Part shown: piece after piece, positions 1 through 8,600 of the stretch
Layout: each line of letters opens with the position of its first letter
Numbering within the stretch: the first letter of the stretch is position 1
NCBI GenBank assembly: GCA_946186915.1
Contig: CAMHOY010000014.1
Location: forward strand, 1,243-65,242
Length of the DNA stretch: 64,000 nucleotides
From: an uncultured Bacteroidales bacterium
GTDB taxonomy: Bacteria; Bacteroidota; Bacteroidia; Bacteroidales; Paludibacteraceae
Direction of reading: 5' to 3'
Notes under the pieces: model-generated
Seen by the model: only the letters and a program-made list of their open reading frames with translations
Database searches by the model: none
Told to the model about the DNA's origin: nothing
Program-made: the position numbers and the translations under genes

Positions 1-851
1 CTGCTCTCATGCAGAAAGGTCTCGAGTGCGCTGATTGCTCCGACGAACTCAAAGCAATGTTCAAAGAGTGGCTGGAGAACCAGAACTCCGCAGAGGTTAC
101 GAATCGTCTCTATGAGCCGATGGTGGCTGCTATGGAGAAATGCGGTTGCGACACCTGCAAGGAGATCCTCAAGCACAAAGATCATATCGTTAAACGCAGC
201 CAGTGGATCGTTGGTGGTGACGGTGCTTCCTATGATATCGGTTACGGCGGACTCGACCACGTCATCGCTTCCGGCGAAGATGTCAACATCCTCGTGCTCG
301 ATACCGAGGTGTACTCCAACACTGGTGGTCAGGCATCCAAGGCAACGCCGCTTGGCGCTATCGCTAAGTTCGCGGCTATGGGTAAGCGCGTTCGTAAGAA
401 AGACCTCGGTATGATTGCTACCACCTACGGATATGTTTACGTAGCACAGATCGCTATGGGCGCTGACCAGGCTCAGACCCTCAAGGCTATCCGTGAGGCG
501 GAAGCTTATCCCGGACCGTCGCTCGTCATCGCTTACGCTCCGTGTATCAACCACGGTCTGAAAGCAGGTATGGGCAAGTCCCAGGCTGAGGAAGCAAAAG
601 CTGTTGAGTGCGGTTACTGGCACCTCTGGCGTTACAACCCGCAGCTCGAGGCTGAAGGCAAGAACCCGTTCTCGCTCGACTCCAAAGAGCCGCAGTGGGA
701 TAAGTTCCAAGACTACCTCAAGGGTGAGGTTCGCTTCGCTTCGGTGGCTAAACAATTCCCGAACGAAGCTGCGGAATTGTTTGCAGCAGCGCAAGAAAAT
801 GCACAGTGGAGATATAAGAGTTATCTCCGTATGCTGGGTACAGCTTGGTAA
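1..851 (+). CDS. nifJ: pyruvate:ferredoxin (flavodoxin) oxidoreductase, C-terminal TPP-binding part (5' end lies outside the window)
   Basis: The frame is open to the window edge. It has the TPP-binding signature GGDGASYDIGYGGLDH...LVLDTEVYSNTGGQ and a typical PFOR C-terminus. Confidence 0.9.
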   Translation, partial: ALMQKGLECADCSDELKAMFKEWLENQNSAEVTNRLYEPMVAAMEKCGCDTCKEILKHKDHIVKRSQWIVGGDGASYDIGYGGLDHVIASGEDVNILVLDTEVYSNTGGQASKATPLGAIAKFAAMGKRVRKKDLGMIATTYGYVYVAQIAMGADQAQTLKAIREAEAYPGPSLVIAYAPCINHGLKAGMGKSQAEEAKAVECGYWHLWRYNPQLEAEGKNPFSLDSKEPQWDKFQDYLKGEVRFASVAKQFPNEAAELFAAAQENAQWRYKSYLRMLGTAW

Positions 852-884
852 CCGGAGAGGCTCCGGAGCCAAATAGCCATGCGG

Positions 885-937
885 GTACGCGCATGCGTAT
901 ATAATAAGGAGAGGCATCCATCCGGGTGCCTCTCTTT
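885..937. repeat. short hairpin-containing repeat, copy 1 (copy 2 at 17952-17996)
   Basis: The block GTACGCG..ATAATAAGGAGAGGCATCCAT(C/T)CGGGT(T)GC(C)TCTCTT is shared by both sites. Confidence 0.6.
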
Positions 938-940
938 GTG
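906..940 (+). terminator. stem-loop after nifJ
   Basis: AAGGAGAGGCA-N10-TGCCTCTCTTT followed by GTGTT. A second hairpin, CCGGAG-aggc-CTCCGG, lies at 852-866. Confidence 0.55.
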
Positions 941-1033
941 TTCCACCGAGCGACGACCGAGACACAAAACGGGCGTTTTTTCGCCCCAAAACGCCCCAAA
1001 ACCACATCCCCAAATTCAATTTCCGCCATAATA

Positions 1034-1065
1034 CTTGCATATGTCCGAAAAAAGTAGTAAATTTG
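1034..1065 (+). promoter_or_regulatory. Bacteroidetes-type promoter for the SLC13 gene
   Basis: -33 cTTG at 1034-1037 and -7 TAAATTTG at 1058-1065, 20 bp apart. It overlaps the 18-bp perfect palindrome AAATTTGCGCGCAAATTT at 1059-1076. Confidence 0.6.
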
Positions 1066-1258
1066 CGCGCAAATTTGTTTCGAAAAAGAAAATCTCGCAT
1101 GAGTTTGCACAAGCTTTTGCAGAGACGGAATTTGAGAAATACCGCGTCATCCAGGACCGTCTGTTTGAGTCGGATTTTGACAAGTTCACTCTGCCGACAT
1201 TGCCTTTTGAAGGAGCGGAAGATTAATGATTACCTGTCTGTAAAATAACGTATAAATA

Positions 1259-2773
1259 ATGGAAGAGTTTGTATTTTGGGGATTTAATCTGCATGCATGG
1301 ATTACTATTGTCACCGTGCTGGCGTTGTTTTCTATCTTGCTATTCACCAAAGTCCGTGCGGATGCAGTGTTTTTAGGTGCGATGGTGATCCTGTACGTCA
1401 CGGGTGTACTGGACGCCAAAGAGGCGTTCTCCGGTCTCAGCCAATCGTCTGTGGTAGTCGTGGGCGTGCTGTTTGTGGTAGTAGCCGGTCTAACCTATAC
1501 CGGTGTGCTGCAATGGATAGTGAAGAACCTGTTAGGTCAGCCCAAACGATGGAGCAATGCAGTCGTAAGGCTCATGTTACCGGTCGCGGGACTGAGTTCG
1601 TTCCTGAGCAATACTACGGTAGTGGCGCTGTTTATCGGGATTGTGAAGATGTGGTCGAAGAAACTTGGAATCGCCCCGTCGAAACTGTTGATTCCGCTTA
1701 GTTACGCCTCGGGAATGGGTGGTGTATGTACGTTGATAGGCACGCCGCCGAACCTGATTATCAGCGGGTTCTATGCCGAGGAGACGGGTATTCAGATGAA
1801 CGTGTTAGCAACAACTATTCCGGGTCTTTTCTGTCTGGCGGTAGGTGTGCTGTCCGTTATCGCCATGCGCCGTCTTTTGCCGGACCGTCAGGGGGTTGAT
1901 GATACGTATGAAGACACGACGGATTATACAGTGGAGATGGTGGTGCCGTCTTCCTGCAAATATATCGGCGAGACATTGGGTTATGCCGGGCTGATCAACG
2001 TAAACGGAGGCCGATTGATCAAGATGCACCATTTCGACGGAGTGGCAGTGCCGATAGATGAGAATGAGTTCATTATGGGCGGTGACAAACTGGTCTTTGC
2101 CGGAAATATCAAAAAGATCATGGAGTTGACCAAGACGTATGGCCTGGTGCCCGGCGACGAGGTGATCCATGTGGGTTTCAAGACGCTACTCTCTGCGCTG
2201 ATCATGATCGTGATGGTGGTACTGTCTGCTACGGGCGTCATGCCGCTGCTGATGAGTGCCTGTCTGGCGGCGTTAGCGATGGTAATCACTCGCTGCTGCA
2301 CACCCAACCAGGCCGTCAAATCCATAGACTGGAGTATTCTAGTCGTTTTCGCAGGCTCCGTAGTATTAGGATTGGCTATTCAGAAAACCGGTATTGCGGA
2401 GCGGATGGCAACTGGAATACTGGATATATGCGGCACGAATCCCATCGTCGTGATGACGGCGGTATGTTTGGTAGCCACTTTTATTACAGAGTTTATCTCC
2501 AATACGGCAGCCGGCGCGATGTTCTTTCCTATCATGTACCATGCAGCCGTCCAATTGGGCTACGAACCGATGACTTTCCTTATTGCCCTGATGATCAGCG
2601 TCAGCAGCAGTTTTGCTACGCCGATAGGCTCGCCGACCCATATGATGGTTTACGGTCCCGGAGGATACCGGTTTACAGACTTTCTGCGGATAGGTTTCTG
2701 GATGAACATTATCATACTTGCGGCGAATATATTCATTACGAATCTTATTTATCCGCTTACTCCGCTTGGGTAA
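1259..2773 (+). CDS. SLC13/DASS-family anion permease with an internal TrkA-C (RCK-C) domain
   Basis: 504 aa and polytopic. It has SNT(T/A) hairpin motifs (FLSNTTVVALF, FISNTAAGAMFFPI) and a soluble central insert resembling TrkA-C. Confidence 0.85.
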   Translation: MEEFVFWGFNLHAWITIVTVLALFSILLFTKVRADAVFLGAMVILYVTGVLDAKEAFSGLSQSSVVVVGVLFVVVAGLTYTGVLQWIVKNLLGQPKRWSNAVVRLMLPVAGLSSFLSNTTVVALFIGIVKMWSKKLGIAPSKLLIPLSYASGMGGVCTLIGTPPNLIISGFYAEETGIQMNVLATTIPGLFCLAVGVLSVIAMRRLLPDRQGVDDTYEDTTDYTVEMVVPSSCKYIGETLGYAGLINVNGGRLIKMHHFDGVAVPIDENEFIMGGDKLVFAGNIKKIMELTKTYGLVPGDEVIHVGFKTLLSALIMIVMVVLSATGVMPLLMSACLAALAMVITRCCTPNQAVKSIDWSILVVFAGSVVLGLAIQKTGIAERMATGILDICGTNPIVVMTAVCLVATFITEFISNTAAGAMFFPIMYHAAVQLGYEPMTFLIALMISVSSSFATPIGSPTHMMVYGPGGYRFTDFLRIGFWMNIIILAANIFITNLIYPLTPLG

Positions 2774-2799
2774 AATAATAACTAAAACAACAAAATACT

Positions 2800-3594
2800 A
2801 TGATGGATTTATTGATTCTTTTTGCGGTGGCGATGGCGGTTTCCGCAGTGGGGTGGAAATACTTTGTGTATTTCTTCAGTCTCGGTTACGGTTATGGCAT
2901 TGCCGCATTGGCAGTGACCATGGGCGTGCTATACCACGCGAATCTCTCGGTGCCGACAATTGCGATGTTGGTGCTGCTGCTGATTTTCGGAATCCGGCTT
3001 GGTACGTATCTTTTGGTGCGCGAACGCAAGGCAGTGGGGTACCGTAAGATTCTGTACGGCGAGGGACATTCGGAGAAGAAGCCTGCCGGCGTGATGATCA
3101 TGATATGGCTGTTCTGCGCGCTGCTGTACGTGGCGCAGGTGAGCCCTGTGGCTTTCCGGCTGGCGAACGGACCGCACGATAGCGAGCTGTGGGCATGGAT
3201 AGGTGCGGCGGTGGTGGCTTGCGGCATCTTGTTAGAGAGCATCAGCGACGCGCAGAAGAGTGCCGCCAAGAAAAAGAACCCGAAGCGGTTTGTGGATACC
3301 GGTCTGTACCGTATCGTCCGCTGCCCGAACTATCTGGGCGAAGTGACCATCTGGACGGGCGCGTTGCTCAGCGCGATTGGCGCAGGGCTGACTTGGTGGC
3401 AGTGGTTGATAGTAGGAATAGGGTACGCAGGTATCGTGTTTGTGATGTTCAGCGGCGCACGCCGGCTGGAGTTGCGTCAGAACGCCGCCTATGGCAATGA
3501 CCCCGAATATCAGGCGTACGTGAAGAAAACGCCTATCCTGATACCGTTCCTGCCTATTTATTCCGTAGCCCAATATGAATGGCTCAAGGCATGA
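2800..3594 (+). CDS. DUF1295 / steroid-5-alpha-reductase-like membrane protein
   Basis: 264 aa and multi-TM, with the C-terminal motif RIVRCPNYLGEVTIW typical of the DUF1295/ICMT-like fold. Confidence 0.8.
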   Translation: MMDLLILFAVAMAVSAVGWKYFVYFFSLGYGYGIAALAVTMGVLYHANLSVPTIAMLVLLLIFGIRLGTYLLVRERKAVGYRKILYGEGHSEKKPAGVMIMIWLFCALLYVAQVSPVAFRLANGPHDSELWAWIGAAVVACGILLESISDAQKSAAKKKNPKRFVDTGLYRIVRCPNYLGEVTIWTGALLSAIGAGLTWWQWLIVGIGYAGIVFVMFSGARRLELRQNAAYGNDPEYQAYVKKTPILIPFLPIYSVAQYEWLKA

Positions 3595-3595
3595 G
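3207..3595 (+). repeat. 389-bp direct repeat, copy 1 (copy 2 at 15662-16050)
   Basis: My manual alignment gives about 25 mismatches and no indels (~94% identity). Homology stops 1-2 nt after the stop codon. Confidence 0.9.
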
Positions 3596-3629
3596 GTTTT
3601 AATGTTTAGGGATTAGTGATTAGAGCAGT

Positions 3630-4880
3630 ATGAAAAGAGAATTGTTTTTCGTAGTGGCAGCGCTATGCACGGTGTGCATGGTGTCATGCAAGCCGGCACC
3701 CAAAGGCGAGATGGCATATCCGCAGGCCGAGTGGAGTGAGGCAGGTGAGATTCTAATGCACACACCCGGTGCGGAACTATTCAACGGAGTGATACATCCT
3801 TCGGCAGGCTTGTTTGAGCATTATTTTGATGTAGAGCAGGCCGCCGCGGAGCACCGCGAGTACATCCGTCTTTTGGAAAAAAACGGAATCCGCGTGCGTA
3901 CGGTTTACGAGATGTTGAATGAAACGGGGATAGATACGCTGCAGGCGTTAGCAGCCAAGGTGCTGAAATACGATATATCCGCCATCCCAGGTGAAGATGC
4001 AGAGGCGTCAGAGGCATACCGGGTACAGACGATTGAAGCGATGAGCCGGGGTGATCTGATCCGCTGTATTTTATTACAACCGACGGTCAAACTCAGCCGC
4101 ACGGACAATAATACCGGCTATGAGGCGCAGTATATCCAGAATCCGCTGATGAACCTCTATTTTACACGCGACCAGAGTATCACGACTCCGCGCGGACATG
4201 TGATTTGCAAGATGAATTCCTCACAGCGTGCGTCTGAGACAGATATCATCGAGGTTTGCTACGATCATTTAGGAGTGGATCCGGTGCTGCGTATAGAAGG
4301 TGAGGGACGGCTGGAGGGCGGCGATTATTTCCCTGCCGGCACCGTCTCGCTCATCGGCTGCGGCATGCGGACGAACCAAGAGGGCATCCGTCAAGTGATG
4401 GAGGCTGACGCGTTCGGACATGACACGGTTGTTGTCGTACGCGACCATAAGTTCTGGCAGATGCAGATGCACCTCGATACGTATTTCAATATCATCGACA
4501 GAAATCTGTGTACGATGGTGCGCAGCCGTCTGGAGGCAAAGCCGGATGAGCCGGAATACGCGACATGCGACATCTATGCCCGTGCAGCTGGAGAGAAGGA
4601 GTATCGCCTCATCACGGAAGATATGCCGTTTGTGGGTTTCCTGCGCGAACGGGGTATGCAGATTATCCCGATAGACCGTGAGGACGAAATGCACTATGCC
4701 AATAATTATCTCACCATTGCGCCACGTCATATCATGGCGGTGGGCGGTCAGAGTGCGGCATTGCAGCAACGGCTTCGCGATGCCGGAGTGAAAGTAGAGT
4801 GGGTGCCGTTGGAAAGCCTGATAGACGGTTACGGCGCCGCGCATTGCATGACGCAAGTAATGAACAGAATGAAACACTGA
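3630..4880 (+). CDS. arginine deiminase-family (amidinotransferase fold) protein with a lipoprotein signal peptide
   Basis: ADI signature blocks are present: FTRD, EGGD, MHLDTYFN and the C-terminal GAAHCMTQ with the catalytic Cys. The N-terminus MKRELFFVVAALCTVCMVSC is a lipobox-type signal. Confidence 0.8.
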   Translation: MKRELFFVVAALCTVCMVSCKPAPKGEMAYPQAEWSEAGEILMHTPGAELFNGVIHPSAGLFEHYFDVEQAAAEHREYIRLLEKNGIRVRTVYEMLNETGIDTLQALAAKVLKYDISAIPGEDAEASEAYRVQTIEAMSRGDLIRCILLQPTVKLSRTDNNTGYEAQYIQNPLMNLYFTRDQSITTPRGHVICKMNSSQRASETDIIEVCYDHLGVDPVLRIEGEGRLEGGDYFPAGTVSLIGCGMRTNQEGIRQVMEADAFGHDTVVVVRDHKFWQMQMHLDTYFNIIDRNLCTMVRSRLEAKPDEPEYATCDIYARAAGEKEYRLITEDMPFVGFLRERGMQIIPIDREDEMHYANNYLTIAPRHIMAVGGQSAALQQRLRDAGVKVEWVPLESLIDGYGAAHCMTQVMNRMKH

Positions 4881-4887
4881 CAGACTG

Positions 4888-4989
4888 ATGGAAGAGTTCA
4901 TTTTTTTTAGGTTTTAACATGCACGCATGGATCACGATAGTGACCGTGCTGGCATTGTTCGGCATTCTGCTGTTTACAAAGGTGCGCAC
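4888..4989 (+). pseudogene. 5' fragment of a second SLC13 permease gene (frameshifted and truncated)
   Basis: ATGGAAGAGTT... aligns with 1259-1363. It encodes ..FNMHAWITIVTVLALFGILLFTKVR against FNLHAWITIVTVLALFSILLFTKVR. A 1-nt indel creates a TAA stop, and homology ends at about 4989. Confidence 0.75.
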
Positions 4990-4990
4990 G

Positions 4991-5205
4991 TATTCCATGT
5001 TTTTATAGCATCGTTCCTGTTGGCGCGGATTGAGGTGCATCGCCGGATCATTGAAAAGCATCATCTGACCGCCCATGCCGTAATTGCTGAGCGGGGTGGA
5101 CATCTCTGTAAATTCAGGCGTTACGTAGATGGTTATGGTACGGAAATCGGGGCTGGCGTTTGTTATCTGCGCCAGCTCGCTGCGACGGATGATCAGGCAA
5201 TCACC
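4991..5205 (-). pseudogene. fragment resembling the N-terminal (non-HTH) half of a Bacteroides AraC-type regulator
   Basis: The reverse frame reads GDCLIIRRSELAQITNASPDFRTITIYVTPEF...LNPRQQERCYKNMEY. There is no HTH domain, a stop lies upstream, and the fragment is truncated at the 4990 junction. Confidence 0.3.
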
Positions 5206-5245
5206 AGCCTGCTTTTCGCCATTTTATTTTTGCTCGTCGGTCGGA

Positions 5246-5603
5246 TTAGCCTATTTCGCCCTTTTGTTGCTTTTGTGCGGATTTGGTGATGGTCTCGTGA
5301 TAGAAATAATTGACCACCACCGGTGGTTCGCCATGCTTGGCACGCACACTGTCATCATTACGCACATAAGGCAGATTCTCCGTCTCGCAGAAGGTGCGCA
5401 ACTGACCGTCCAACTCTGTCCAGTACGTGCGGTCTCTTTTTGAGTATATCTGGCGATACAAAGCATCCAATTCCGGGTGGTGTTCGTGCACCCAATTGGA
5501 TGTTGGCATTGTCCACTTGAACCGCAGCACGAATCTCAGCGTCGGTTGTGACGACGGTTTGCGACAAAGCAATCTGCACTCCTGCACACAGTAGAAATCT
5601 CAT
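5246..5603 (-). pseudogene. small ORF immediately after the NRPS stop, apparently frameshifted (possibly NTF2/SnoaL-like)
   Basis: A TAAATG junction links it to the NRPS. MRFLLCAGVQIALSQTVVTTDAEIRAAVQVDNANIQ (frame 1) continues as WVHEHHPELDALYRQIY...YFYHETI in a second frame, shifting near 5500. Confidence 0.3.
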
Positions 5604-8600
5604 TTACTCATCAAAGAATCCTAATTGGCTGATTGCGATTAGCATCCGATTGACATACGCGCTATCCGGTGCAGACCAATGGAAGCCCAAACGGAGCAGG
5701 ACTGCAGAGGTATAGCGGTTATCACGCTCGATAGTAACCGCCTTCTGTCCATGCGTCATGTCCTGGTATGCCAAGAGAGCGGACATGAGGCTGGCTTTCT
5801 TCGGGTCTTTGCTGGCCTCGAGAATCGCTTGCTGGAACTCGTCTTCCTCCACGTAACGGATGGACTTGCCTATCTTCTCAAAGCCCGCGAGGATATCGCC
5901 CAAGAGGTCGGTATGGTTATTGAAGGGTTGGAAGACGTTACACTCCTTCGGCGTAGAGGCAAGCAGTACGACTGCCTTTGCGGTCTCGTTCACCGGTGAG
6001 AACTCTGCCGGCGAGTCGTATTCGTCTATCGGACAGCAGCCAAGGGTTGAGAATACTTTGAGTCGTCCCATGTAACTATTCGTCTGGAAGTTCGCCTGGA
6101 ACTCACCGTCGTAGCTACGCGCAGCGAGGTTACCCACACGCATGATCTTAGCGTTCAGTCCATGACGAGCTACCGCTTCGAGAATGACACGTTCGGCAAG
6201 GAACTTCGACCGCATATAGCGGTTATCGAGGAACTGACCGAAATAGAGGAGACGCTCCGAGAGTTCGGGCACCGCTTTTCCATCGCCACGATCGACCCAA
6301 ATCTCTCCGACCGAAGTGGTGGATATATGTACGAGTCGTGTACCGGTCTTGAGACAGAACTCCACGCATCGCTCCGCGCCGCCGATATTCACCTGTTCGA
6401 TGTCGTCGGTCTTGGAGAAGTGCTTGACGTTCGCGGCGCAGTTAAAGACTGTCTGAATACTAATATCGGATAACTGATTACTGAAATCGTTTGTCACATC
6501 GCCGTTAACGACGAAGAGGCGGGAACCGAAGAGTTCATCAAAACGTCGGTCGAAATAGTAGAAGAGCAAGTTACGCAGACGTCGTTGCGCATCGTGCTGG
6601 TCTTTTCCGCGGACAAGACACGTGATGGTCTTGGCATCCGAGTCAATGAGTTCGCGCAAGACGTGGATACCGAGATAACCGGTAGCACCGGTGAGCAGTA
6701 CATTGCCTAACTCCTGACGCTCTCCGCGCAGGAACGTATTGAGATTATTGCGTTGCAGAATCGCATCAATGCCCGTATAATCGAAGGCTGCTGCTTCTTG
6801 GTCATTGGCCGTTTGTTCATCCGTGTCACCGGACAGGAACTGCGCCAAGAGACGCGGCGTCGGATGGGTGAAGATATCACCGTAAGCGACATGCTTGCCG
6901 GCTTTGTCCGCTTCGATGATGACACGGGTGACCATAAGAGATGTACCGCCGAGTTCGAAGAAGTTATCCGTAGCACCTATCTTATCCTGATTGAGGATGG
7001 AGGCGAATATGTCACAGAAGAGTTTCTCGTTGTCATTAGCCGGAGCTACGTAGTCGCGGTCGGTGTCGGTGAGTTGCGGAGCCGGAAGGGCACGTTTGTT
7101 CACTTTCTGGTTCTGGTTCAGTGGGATGACATCAATCTGCATGGTCGAAGCCGGTACCATGTACGGCGGTTTGCGATCACGGATGAAGGCATTGAGTGCC
7201 TGGATGTCAATCTTGCTGTCGCTGACGATATATGCCGCGATGAACTTACCTCCGTTGGGGTAATCAAAGGCCTGTACGGTAGCATCGTTGATGCCCGGGA
7301 ACTCACGGATGACCGCCTCAACCTCTTTGAGTTCGATACGGAAACCGCGGATCTTTACCTGACCATCCTGCCGTCCGACAAACTGAATATTGCTGTCTGC
7401 GAGATAGCGAACGACGTCACCGGTGCGGTAACAGCGAAGACCATTCCAGTCGATATAGGTCTCGGCGGTCTTGTCGGGACGGTTGAGGTAACCTCGGCTG
7501 ACTTGTGGACCGGAGACGAGCAGCTCGCCTGTAGCACCTACAGGCACACGGTGCAGGTCCTTATCAACGATGAAGAGCCGGAAGTTATCCAGCGGTTTGC
7601 CGATAGGGATATTCTTCTCCTGCTCGTGTATCGGATAGGTCGTCGTGAAGATCGTACACTCGGTCGGACCGTACGCGTTATGAAGCAGGTAGTTAGCCGG
7701 CGGCGCGATAGTCGCGAGTTTTTCTCCTCCCACAGACAAGTGCTTGAGGGAATGATTGTCGCAGTTCTGGGCAAACTGATAGCCGACCTGGGTCGTCATG
7801 AACGAATGGGTGATACCTTCGGCTTCGAAATAATGATTGAGATCCGGCAAGTTGAGTCGGATATCCTCGCCGATGATATAGACTGCTGCACCGCAAGTGA
7901 GCGCCGGGTACATATCCATCATGTTCGCATCGAAACCGTAGGAAGCGTACGCCGCCACTTTGTCTCCGGCATGGAGGTCATAATAGCGATGGTACCAATG
8001 ACAGAACGCCACAAGGTTGCGGTGCTCGAGTTGGCAGCCTTTGGGTACGCCGGTGGAGCCGGAGGTATAAAGGAGGATGAATAAATCCTGTGGATTTATA
8101 AGACCGCTATCGCTCAAAGTAGAAAGACCGCTATCGCTCAAAGTAGAAAGATCTTTTGTCAGGAGGACGGGGCCGGAGTATTCATTGACGATGGGACGGA
8201 GGTCGGTATCGGCGATGAGAAGGGACGCGTTGGCATCCTTCATCATGAAGTTCAGACGCTCTGCCGGATAAGACGGATCGAGCGGCTGGTACGCACAACC
8301 GGCTTTGAGGGCAGCCAAGGAAGCGACCACCATCCATTCGGAACGGTTGATGAGGATGGAAACGACTCGTTCGGATTTAATATCCGAACATTGGATATTG
8401 GTGATTGGTGATTGGTGATTGAGCACCTCATATATCTTCGCAGCGATGGTGTCCGTGCGTTCATCCACCTCTTTGTAGGTGAGGCGGACATCGTGATACA
8501 CGACCGCGAGATTATCGGGCGTCTCAGCCGCTTGCTTACGGAAGAGCGAGACGATGGTCTGGGTGTCGTCATAAGGCACCTCCGTCTGATTGAACGAGTC

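Noticed and set aside
1035-1226. A 63-aa ORF (and the overlapping 61-aa ORF at 1063-1248) in the SLC13 upstream region.
   Set aside because: The ORF start lies upstream of, or inside, the predicted -33/-7 promoter, so it would not be on the transcript. The only in-transcript alternative is a basic 49-aa peptide with no support. The stretch RVIQDRLFESDFDK does look protein-like, so a gene remnant cannot be excluded.
6753-8084. A 443-aa plus-strand ORF, with similar ones at 8412-9182, 9183-9746 and 10395-11138, lying antisense to the NRPS.
   Set aside because: They sit opposite a CDS whose NRPS core motifs are unambiguous. Their translations are low-complexity (Arg/Val/Asp-rich) with no motifs, as expected for antisense shadow ORFs.
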